Assembly: GCA_963709585.1 (NCBI GenBank)
Contig: CAVPXI010000023.1
Span: forward strand, 64,001 to 128,000
Direction of reading: 5' to 3'
Length of the DNA: 64,000 nucleotides
Origin: Candidatus Dormiibacterota bacterium
GTDB taxonomy: Bacteria > Chloroflexota > Dormibacteria > Aeolococcales > Aeolococcaceae
Part shown: one piece after another, positions 9,334-17,424 of the stretch
Position numbering within the stretch: the first letter of the stretch is position 1
How the letters are laid out: every line of letters starts with the position of its first letter
Position numbers and translations under genes: made by a program
The notes under the pieces: generated by a model
The model's database searches: none
What the model saw: only the letters and a program-made list of their open reading frames with translations
What the model was told of the DNA's origin: nothing

Positions 9334-10168
9334 ATGGCCGGACAGAGTCGCACCCTACGGGGACGTCGACTATGCAGATCCAGGTCTCCAAGCCGACAAG
9401 GTCAAGCGCTATCCGATCGATACCAAGGCGCACGCGAAGGCCGCGTGGACGCTCATCAACATGAGCTCGCACGCCTCGCAGTATTCGGCTGCGGACCTCG
9501 CGCTGGTCAAGGGCAGGATCCTGACGGCGTGTCATCACTTCGACGTCGAGGTGAGCGAGAACGCCCTGCCGCGCGAGGGGTTGATCCGGGCGCTCTCGGG
9601 CCTGGAGATCCGCGACGATGGCGGCGCGGATGGCAGTCCGGGGACATTGACCGGATACCTCGCGGTGTTCAATCAATGGAGCGAAATCAACTCGGCCCAC
9701 GAAGGTCACTTCATGGAGCGGATGGCGCCGGGATCGTTCGCCCGGACCATCGCTGACAACGCGTCACGCATGAAGGTCACCTTCAATCACGGTAAGGATC
9801 CGCAGTTGGGCGACAAGGTGCTGGGCATCCCCACCGTCCTCGAGGAGGACAGCCGCGGAGTGCGCTATGAGGTGCCGCTGTTCGACACATCATGGAATCG
9901 CGACCTTGCTCCCGGATTGAAGGCCGGCGCCTACGGCTCCAGCTTCCGGTTCAACGTGGCCGCCGACGACTACAACAAGAAGGCCAGGGTCGCTCCGCAC
10001 AACCCCAGAGGCTTGCCGGAGAGGACGGTCAAGGAAGTCCGCATGCAGGAGTTCGGCCCGGTCACCTTCCCCGCATACCCGGGCGCGACCGCGGGGATGC
10101 GCTCGCTGACGTCGCCCGCGCGCGGTCAATCCGTGTTCGAGGAGTTCCTACAGCTGATCGGAGGCTGA
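9334..10168 (+). CDS. HK97 prohead protease with N-terminal DUF6582-like domain, +1 frameshift near 9340
   Basis: Frame of 9461 extends upstream to PYGDVDYADPG...KRYPIDTKAHAKAAW; protease LTGYLAVFNQWSEI, FNHG, GSSFRF, EFGPVTFPAY. Confidence 0.88.
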
Positions 10169-10334
10169 GCGTCGTGAAGGCGGTGTCCGTCGGTTTCGTT
10201 CACTCCGGGCCGCGGCACCGTCTTCACGGCGCCAACCATGGGGGCGGTTGCGTCGGTTCGAAGGGCACACCCACTCCGGCCGACGCGCCGCCTTCCCGTC
10301 GACGAAGGCCGGCGCTGACGGCTACCATGCGGCG

Positions 10335-10583
10335 GTGAGCGATGCCCCTGACGATGAGATCGAGATCGGCTGGGAGAGCTATGGACCTGGCGATAAGCCT
10401 CGCGACCTGACGTTCACGTTCAGGGAGCGCGGCGTCCATCTCGGGTCGCGCGAGGTGGAGTGCGACGGAGATCGATACTTCATCGTGACGCGTCCCGACG
10501 GGAGCGTCCAGCGGTACCGCCAGAACCCGGAGTCAGGCAAGCTCGAAAAGGTCGACGAGATCCCCTGCGGTGATCCGGAGTGA
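10335..10583 (+). CDS. Hypothetical small acidic protein
   Basis: Open frame with GC-typical codon usage ending just before the att right-end motif. Confidence 0.55.
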   Translation: MSDAPDDEIEIGWESYGPGDKPRDLTFTFRERGVHLGSREVECDGDRYFIVTRPDGSVQRYRQNPESGKLEKVDEIPCGDPE

Positions 10584-10588
10584 GTAGC

Positions 10589-10765
10589 AAACAGAGCAGA
10601 TAATTCGGCCTCGCTCGCTCATGACACGCAAGATGCGAACGTCGTCATAGCACGGCGTACAGTCCCGGATACTTGCCGGGTATCTCTTTCTTGTTTACCG
10701 GCCCCTCGCGCGGTTTGGTATTCAAAACAGAGCAGGTAAGTGCTCGAGCCCCATAGCACGGCGCG
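10589..10765 (+). repeat. att junction 2 (right end of unit 1, left end of unit 2)
   Basis: Motif A at -84, motif B at -25, core 10673-10687, motif A at +52, motif B at +81. Confidence 0.9.
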
Positions 10766-10937
10766 TTCGTGCCGGCGACATCTGGCGAAGCCTGCCCGGG
10801 ACGCAGCAGTGGATCCAGTTGGTGTCGGTGTGGAACCATCAACCGCCGAGCTCGAGGGCGGATGGCGCCGAGTACCAGGTGGCCGCGTCATCCCGCCGCA
10901 CAACTCCGGGCTCACAGTCAGAGTTGATTGGGCGCCG

Positions 10938-11528
10938 TCAGCGAGCGTGCCAACCAGGTCCTTGCGCCCCGGTCGCGGAGACGGACTCTTGCCGCCGCTC
11001 GAGCTTGTCTTTGACGTTCCCGATTTGCCCACATCGTTGGCATTCGGTCACAGTCTCGATCAGATCGTAGTCCTGTTTGACCGCTTCCAATGTCGGACGA
11101 TGCGTAGACGAGCGCTGGTGCCAATCATGACCAAACACCTCGCAGCGCAACCGGAAAGGACTCCACCGCCCTCTCTCATATCGCGTCCGGAAAGGTTTGG
11201 GTGTTGCCAAAGTGACCGGGGCTGCCGTTGTCTCGCTGAGGAACGTTTGCAGATCGTTTGTATGACGGCGGATCTGCAGCCGAATGACTGTCGCGCTGCC
11301 AATGACGCCTGCGTAGACAAGCAATGTCCACCAGGGGGAAATAAAGAGGCTAGCGACGACGAGAACGAGCCCAATTCCCCCGACGAGGAGTCCGTCGAAT
11401 GTGTCTCGGATCTTCGCGACGCGGGGAAAGGGGGGGCGGTAGTCGGGCAGAAAGTACCAGCCGAGACCGCCCAGCACGAGTACCCATCCGAAGAGCGTCA
11501 CAGCCCACCAGGGGATCGTTCCAAGCAT
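10938..11528 (-). CDS. Membrane protein with C-terminal Zn-ribbon-like motif
   Basis: Three hydrophobic segments, then CEVFGHDW...CQRCG. Confidence 0.6.
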   Translation of the reverse strand: MLGTIPWWAVTLFGWVLVLGGLGWYFLPDYRPPFPRVAKIRDTFDGLLVGGIGLVLVVASLFISPWWTLLVYAGVIGSATVIRLQIRRHTNDLQTFLSETTAAPVTLATPKPFRTRYERGRWSPFRLRCEVFGHDWHQRSSTHRPTLEAVKQDYDLIETVTECQRCGQIGNVKDKLERRQESVSATGAQGPGWHAR

Positions 11529-11601
11529 GCGTTGGACTTTAAGCCTGCCGAAACCGATCTGCGAAAGACGTTGGAGCCCTTGTAACAAGGAGAACGAGCC
11601 C

Positions 11602-11925
11602 ATGACCGACGAAATTGACGAGATCACCAACCGCCCCGGCAGACCCCTGAGCACGCTGGAAGTCATCGGGCGGCAGGACCCGGAGCCCGCCGTGGTGCTC
11701 ATCCTGCGATTCAACCGTGGGGATGGCGTCATCGACACGATCAGGCTGGCCCACAGCCCGGAAGAGGCGCGCCGCCTGTCCGACTATCTGTTGGGGACCG
11801 CGGATGCGGTACACCTCGAGGCACTGGCCGACGCTGGCGATGCGGAGGCCGCGGAGCTGCTCGCCGAACTGAAGAGGCAGCTCGACGAGCGCGATCCGAT
11901 TCCCGAGTGGTACGCGGATCTGTAA
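11602..11925 (+). CDS. Hypothetical protein, paralog of ORF-X (7353)
   Basis: SD AAGGAG; similar length, N-terminus MTD.I....PG and C-terminus. Confidence 0.75.
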   Translation: MTDEIDEITNRPGRPLSTLEVIGRQDPEPAVVLILRFNRGDGVIDTIRLAHSPEEARRLSDYLLGTADAVHLEALADAGDAEAAELLAELKRQLDERDPIPEWYADL

Positions 11926-11982
11926 GCGCGATGAGGCACGGGTCACAAAGGCAAGCGGACAGTGTTGGGCTAGGCTTGCGCG

Positions 11983-12612
11983 ATGGCCCTGTCGGTGCGG
12001 ACCGTCATCCCTTTCTATCGGCTCGGGTTCGGCCTACTCGTGCTCGTGGCCATCCTTATACAGATGGTGTCGCTCGGCCAGTCGGGTGTCCTCGACCCGC
12101 TGCATTACCTCACCTACTTCACCAACCTCAGCAACATGATCGCGGCCGTCGTATTTATCGTTGGCGCGACGGGCTGGCGCTATGTGCGGTCACCCGCCTT
12201 CGACGTGGTGAGGGGCGGTGCGGTCGTGTACATGACCATCACGGGCGTCGTCTTTGCAGTCCTTTTGAGCGGTGTCAATGTCGATGCCCAACTGCGATGG
12301 GTCAACGATCTCATCCACCAGGTGTTTCCAATTGTTGTCCTTGCTGATTGGTTGCTCGACCCGCCCAAGGCACGGGTGACGCTCAGGCAAGGGGTGCTGT
12401 GGCTGACTTTCCCGGTCGCCTGGGCGGCATACGAACTGATCCGCGGAGCGACCTCGGGGAAGTATCACTATCCGTTCCTGAATCCGGTCAACGGCGGGTA
12501 CGGAAGCGTCGCCCTCTACGTGGTCGTGATCTCCGTATTCACGCTCATTGTCTCCGGAGTTGTCGTGTGGCTCGCAAACGCTCGGAGGCACCTCGAGCAC
12601 GAGCCCGCATAG
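11983..12612 (+). CDS. Pr6Pr (FAR-17a/AIG1-like) membrane protein
   Basis: YFTNLSN, HQVFP..VLADWL, YHYPFLNP; about six TM helices. Confidence 0.85.
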   Translation: MALSVRTVIPFYRLGFGLLVLVAILIQMVSLGQSGVLDPLHYLTYFTNLSNMIAAVVFIVGATGWRYVRSPAFDVVRGGAVVYMTITGVVFAVLLSGVNVDAQLRWVNDLIHQVFPIVVLADWLLDPPKARVTLRQGVLWLTFPVAWAAYELIRGATSGKYHYPFLNPVNGGYGSVALYVVVISVFTLIVSGVVVWLANARRHLEHEPA

Positions 12613-12681
12613 GAGAAACTCCCGGCCACATCTCCGGACGCTAAGAGAGAGCGCCGAACGATCCCGTGCTAAGATGAGCCT

Positions 12682-12820
12682 ACGATCCGCGTACCGCTGC
12701 TGAGCTGCACCGGACAGACGCCCGCGGCGGTGAGGACCGAAGGCTGCAAGCGCCGAGGCTGGAACGTCCACCCGCGGAAGTCATGTGAACGCCGCATTGG
12801 CGGCGACTTCGACGACTTTA
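12682..12820 (+). ncRNA. Second copy of the candidate capsid leader RNA
   Basis: GGACCGAAGGC...GCGCCGAGGCTGG-N5-CCACCCGCGGAAGT shared with 7759-7806; extended -10 TGCTAAGAT at 12667-12675. Confidence 0.65.
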
Positions 12821-12821
12821 C

Positions 12822-12875
12822 CTCGAAATCAAGTTGGACATCGACGGCGCAGACGCCGGCCTCGAGGAGTGGGAA
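12822..12875 (+). pseudogene. Capsid gene remnant
   Basis: Encodes LEIKLDIDGADAGLEE versus IEIKLEVDGANDGLEE in the capsid of unit 1. Confidence 0.7.
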
Positions 12876-13043
12876 TCGCGCCCTTCAGCGGAGGACGGTC
12901 CGCGCCCGACATTCAACGGTCCGGCCGGTATTCCTTCCCGACCTACTCGACGCGCGATCGGACGTGAGTTACGCTACGCACCTTTGGAGCTGGCGTCGTG
13001 GGGACGTTTAGCTGCGGAGAGCGTTCGACGCCTTTGGCGCGGC

Positions 13044-13072
13044 TGTAACCGCTGATGACTTGCTCCCGTTGA
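13044..13072 (+). promoter_or_regulatory. ECF-sigma-type promoter TGTAACC-N16-CGTTGA
   Basis: Same motif and spacing upstream of paralogs at 27569 and 29141. Confidence 0.65.
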
Positions 13073-13085
13073 CCGGGTAGCCGCC

Positions 13086-14004
13086 ATGAAACTCACCAAC
13101 GTCATCGGCACTGTGATCGCCGCGTTGAGCCTCGCGGCTGGTGGATCGACAGTCGCGCCGACTGTTTCTCCAACTTCCGCGCTAACTGTCGGGGCAACCG
13201 TAGCGCCGACTCCCAGCGCAACGCCCACCGCGACACCCACGCCAACTCCGATCGCCACGCCCACTCCGTCTGCAAGGCCTACGCCCGCACCGCCTGTGCT
13301 CGTGCTCGTCGAAACGTGCGATGGCTCCGCAAACGCTGACAACTATGGCAGCGTGACGTTCTCTGGTGACACACCCGGCTTCGACTTCGTAGTGTACGGT
13401 CCTGGGCGATTGGGTGGATGGGCAGGGGCAACGACAGCAGATGCAAGTGGCGACGGAACAGTCAGCGACCTTACTGCTGATGACTATGAGTTCAACAACT
13501 TCGCACCCGCCGATATGCCGGGAACACTCACCGGCTCGTTCGCCATCGTGGCGTGCCCGCCGACGCCCACGTATAGCGTCACACAGACATGCGCCGCCCC
13601 TGGTAGTGCTCAGGGCGGGAGCGTGATGATTACCTTCGCAGGTGGCACGCCTGACACCGTTGTTATTGACGGCAATACCGTGGACGTGACCGGCAACCCG
13701 TTCACCTATGGGCCCCTCACCGTGGGCGATCACAGGATCACCGTTGAAGGTTTCGTCTGGCCAGTCACCATTACCGCGTGCGTATCTACGCCGCACTTGA
13801 CCGTCACAGTCTGACGGTGCTCCGGGCCGCGTGGCATGGACCGGCACCAAGACGGGTGACACACTCTTTATCGGCGCCGGCGCGTTTTCCGTCACTCTTC
13901 CGACTGGCACCGGTGGCACGTCTGGACCACTCCCAGCTGGGACGTTCGACACCGAGAGTGGCAGCGGCACGTCAGCGCTCGGCGGCCCAAAACACAGTAG
14001 ATAA
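13086..14004 (+). CDS. Secreted Pro/Thr-linker protein with Cys-bracketed repeat domains (lipoprotein paralog), probable frameshift near 13812
   Basis: MKLTNVIGTVIAALSLAAGGST (lipobox Cys replaced by Gly); repeats TC..GSVTF...ACP; another frame continues DGAPGRVAWTG to a stop in att motif A. Confidence 0.7.
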
Positions 14005-14096
14005 TTCACCCACCGACGCTCGAGACACTCGAGATCGGAAAGCCGAGGTAGCACAGCGCTAAACCCGTGGATGGTTGCCGGGTATCTCTCTTTTTT
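13990..14096 (+). repeat. att junction 3 (right-end motifs only)
   Basis: Motif A AAACACAGTAGATAA at -85, motif B TAGCACAGCG at -26, core 14075-14089; downstream motifs absent. Confidence 0.88.
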
Positions 14097-14134
14097 ACTC
14101 CACGCCGAGGACTGGAACGTCGACTGCACGGTCG

Positions 14135-14444
14135 ACGGGATGACGTTCCCGAGGAGGAGTTACCGGACGTGACTGACGCTGCGCACGCTGTGGTCCAGGA
14201 GGCCAAAGACGCCGGCGTGTTTGTGTTCGCCGGCGGACTGCAGGACCACCAGGAAGCGAGCGTCGTGGCCATCGACGGGACGATCACCGACGGCCCGTAC
14301 CCGGAGAGCAAGCAGTTCCTCGGCGGATTCACAGTCGTCGACGTGCCCTCACGCGCCGAGGCGCTGGAGTGGGCTGCCAAGCTCGCGGTCGCCTGCCGAT
14401 GTGCTCAAGAGGTTCGCGAGATCCTGTTCGACCCGACCGTCTGA
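14135..14444 (+). pseudogene. YCII/DGPF family protein, 5'-truncated
   Basis: ITDGPYPESKQFLGGFTVVDVPSRAEALEWA; native N-terminus missing. Confidence 0.75.
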
Positions 14445-14500
14445 TCGCAGACCCTCAAGCGGATCAACGATCCCGCCGCCCTCCAAGACAACTGATCCTC

Positions 14501-14677
14501 AAACACAGCAGATAAGTGGGAGCCGTACGCTCGACCCACCCAGGATCAGAGTAGCCGAGGGCACAGCGCTAAACGCCTGGATGGTTGCCGGGTATCTCTC
14601 TCTTGTTTTCCGGCCTCTGGCGCTGTTCTGTATTCGAAACCGAGCAGGTAAGCGCTCAGGCGACATAGCACGGCGCC
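14501..14677 (+). repeat. att junction 4
   Basis: Motif A at -84, motif B at -26, core 14585-14599, motif A at +52, motif B at +81. Confidence 0.9.
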
Positions 14678-14728
14678 AAGCGAGGCGACCCCCCCAACGC
14701 TCCACATCGATCTGAGAGATTAGGCGCG

Positions 14729-15724
14729 ATGCTCAGATACATCGTCAGCCGCGTCCTGCAGGCGGTGCTGGTCGTCATCGGCGTCGCGACAGTGGTGTTC
14801 TTCCTCGAGCGTCTGATGCCCGGCGACCCGGGAAGGATCATGCTGGGACCGCGCCTCGGCCCGGCCCAGTGGGCGATCTACGACCATCAGAACGGGTTCG
14901 ACCAGCCGATCCCGGTCCAGTACATCGACTTCCTCGCGAATCTTTTCCACGGGAGGATCGCCTTCACGCCGCCGGGATTCGCCGACCAGATCGACCCCTT
15001 CGAGGGTGGCGTGGTCGACGTCGATCTCCAGTCGCTGGTTAAGGGACCGATGATCAACTCGCTGATCCTGACTGGTCTGTCGACACTGTTGGTGATAGCC
15101 CTCACCATCCCCATCGCCCTCTACGAAGCGGCACGGCGGCGCCGGCGTGGAGCGCACCTCTCAAACATCATCTCGATGACGCTGTACTCGATCCCGCCGT
15201 ACCTACTGGGCACGTGGCTCATCCTGGTTCTTGCGACGGATCTGAACTGGATCAATCTGAATACGCCGAATTGGAGCACGGGCGATGTACTCGCCGATCC
15301 GGCGGCGCTGATTCTCCCCACGCTGACCCTGTCAACGGGAACGGTCGCGCTGTTCACCCGCTATCTCCGGGCGTCGACGATCGATGAGCTGACCAAGGAC
15401 TACATCACAACGGCGCGAGCCAAGGGCGCCTCCCGCTCCCGAGTCAGCCTGCGCCATGCGCTCCCCAACGCTTCGTTACCGATCATCACCCTGCTCGGCA
15501 CGCGCCTTCCCCAGATCTTCGGTGCCCAGCTCGTCGTGGAGGTGCTTTTTGGATATCCGGGGCTGGGAACCACGCTGTGGAGCGCAGCGATGAATCACGA
15601 CTTCTACTCCATGCTGGGAGCAATCCTGATCGCTGGCGTTCTCACCACTCTCGGCTCGCTGATCACCGACTTGATCTACGCGGCGGTCGATCCTCGTATC
15701 CGATATGTCCATGCTCGGAGCTGA
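14729..15724 (+). CDS. Orphan peptide/nickel ABC transporter permease (OppB/DppB family)
   Basis: MLRYIVSRVLQ, PGDPG, GFDQPIPVQY, EAA-like DYITTARAKGAS, RHALPNA, DPRIRY. Confidence 0.92.
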   Translation: MLRYIVSRVLQAVLVVIGVATVVFFLERLMPGDPGRIMLGPRLGPAQWAIYDHQNGFDQPIPVQYIDFLANLFHGRIAFTPPGFADQIDPFEGGVVDVDLQSLVKGPMINSLILTGLSTLLVIALTIPIALYEAARRRRRGAHLSNIISMTLYSIPPYLLGTWLILVLATDLNWINLNTPNWSTGDVLADPAALILPTLTLSTGTVALFTRYLRASTIDELTKDYITTARAKGASRSRVSLRHALPNASLPIITLLGTRLPQIFGAQLVVEVLFGYPGLGTTLWSAAMNHDFYSMLGAILIAGVLTTLGSLITDLIYAAVDPRIRYVHARS

Positions 15725-15736
15725 TTCGCGCGCCCC

Positions 15737-15886
15737 AAAGACAGCAGATAATTCGGGCTCGCTCGCTAAGGACATGCAAGATACATAGCGTGCGATAGCA
15801 CGGCGCATAGTCCCGTATGCTTGCCGGTATCTCTCTTGTTTTCCTGGCAGCAACCGAGCTTGCGTTGTCGAAACTGAGTAGATAAC
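15737..15886 (+). repeat. att junction 5 (more diverged)
   Basis: Motif A at -84, motif B at -25, core TTGCCGGTATCTCT 15821-15834 (one G fewer), motif A AAACTGAGTAGATAA at +50. Confidence 0.85.
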
Positions 15887-16061
15887 TGACTCAGCGTCGA
15901 TCGCACACCGCTTGGGGAGTTGGTAACCACGCGTTGCTGCCTCCGACGGCTCTACGAGGGGCGGCGGGGCACCCGTAACCAGGGCGGCCATCGCTCGGTT
16001 CCCTCCGTGCAACCCGATCGTCTGACGACCCTCTGTACTGGCCTGAGGGAAAGGAGCACGG

Positions 16062-16960
16062 ATGAGATCCGCAGTCTTCGCTGGAGCCATCTTTGCAACG
16101 GTGCTCGCGTCAGGCTGTGCGAGCACCCCTGGCACAAACCTCGGCTCGCCGTCAGCGAGCGCCCGGGCGACCCAGCCGTCGTCGACGGCGCCATCAACCA
16201 CGCCAACCCCCGGCACACCGTCGTCGACCTGCTCGAAGGCGACGCCGCTCGATGCCGCAGTGGTGCTGACGGATTGGACGCATGCGCCGGGCTACACCGT
16301 GAACCTCGTGGCTGCAAACGGCTGCGTCATCGCATCGGCCACCGCCCGCACCTGGTCTGGATACTCGGCCACGGCCGGTCAGCCCGTCAGTCTGCCGACG
16401 AGCGAGTCCGCCACGCGCGTGTATTTCCTCGACGGCGATTCGACGCTGCGGTTTCTCGGCCTGGACGGCAGCAAAGGTGTCGCAGCCCAACTGCCCGGAT
16501 CCTCGAGCAGCAAGGTTGCGTTCAGTGTGAGTCCCGACAACACCCGCCTTGCCTTCTCGGTGATGAGTTGGGGTTCGGATGAGCGCCATTTCACGGAGCA
16601 GTCGTATGTCGAGGACCTCGCGACGGGCGCAGATCGCACGGAGCTCTTCACCCTGACTGGCGGCAATGTTGCAGAGGAGCCGATTGGATGGATAAACGGT
16701 GACATCGTGTTCGGCCTGCTGCTCTCGGCCAACCAATACGCTGCGGGTCCAACTCCGCCGATATTCGACGCCTACCACGTAGCGAACCCGCTCACCGGTA
16801 AGCGCCTGACCAGCATCTGCGCCGGGTCCGGCAACGCCTGGGTCTTCGACGGCGGTGACTACACGACACTGCCGACGAGGACAGCAGTGCTCTGTCGAGT
16901 CGGAGAGCAGTACCAGCCGGACGGAACCCTCGAGCTAGTTTCCTGGTCGGGAAGCCGGCG
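16062..16960 (+). CDS. Lipoprotein with beta-propeller-like domain (paralog of 26373), 3' end disrupted
   Basis: SD AAGGAG; lipobox ASGC; YFLDG...FSVSPDNTRLAF similar to YFLDG...FAVSPDQTTLVF; runs into a peptidase fragment. Confidence 0.7.
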
Positions 16961-16965
16961 ACCAT

Positions 16966-17313
16966 GTGAGCGTGTCGATTACCCGCGGTTCGAATGGCTG
17001 GACCATCACGGTGAAGGATCCCCGGTCGGGCACATTCACGACCGTAAAGGCCTACTCAGGCCCGGGTACCTCGGCGGAGTGGATCCAGGAGGCTCCCACC
17101 GTCGGCGGCCGCATCGCCACGCTTGCCAGATACGGCGAGGCGACCTTCGACCCGGGGACGGCGAATGGGAAGTCACCCGGCCTGGTCAGCAGCGATGGCG
17201 GAGTGATGGTCCAGAAGAGCATCCAGGTCTCGACACCTTCGGTGCCGGACAAGGACTTTGACGGGTTCAACATCAAGTACGCCAGCACCGCGCCGGCGGC
17301 TCCGTCGAGCTGA
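16966..17313 (+). pseudogene. C-terminal fragment of a G1 family glutamic peptidase
   Basis: SAEWIQEAP, LARYGEATF, STPS..D.DGFNIKY; N-terminal half absent. Confidence 0.7.
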
Positions 17314-17424
17314 CCCGACCCTCCTCCGTTCTTTCATTGCGGCTGCGGCGCTGGTCAGCATCTGTTTGTGACACTGCAGGTCCGTCGATCGGCGGTGCTC
17401 GCAACCGCGTAGACTTGAAGCGCG

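Larger units (their letters stand above)
1703..10687 (+). mobile_element. Phage-satellite-like integrative element (PICI/phiRv-like) inserted in the 3' end of 5S rRNA
   Basis: Direct repeat TTGCCGGGTATCTCT at 1703 and 10673; integrase, DUF3631, HNH, TerL, capsid and protease genes all on + strand. Confidence 0.88.
10673..14089 (+). mobile_element. Unit 2: integrase-less, decayed satellite relative carrying cargo
   Basis: Bounded by cores 2 and 3; retains ORF-X paralog, leader RNA copy and capsid fragment. Confidence 0.8.

Noticed and set aside
1818-10583. Complete prophage
   Set aside because: Only 9 kb; no portal, tail, lysis or repressor genes recognised
1703-15886. Classical integron or CRISPR array
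   Set aside because: No GTTRRRY/RYYYAAC attC palindromes, no IntI-specific insertion evident, spacing of 0.5-9 kb and no cas genes
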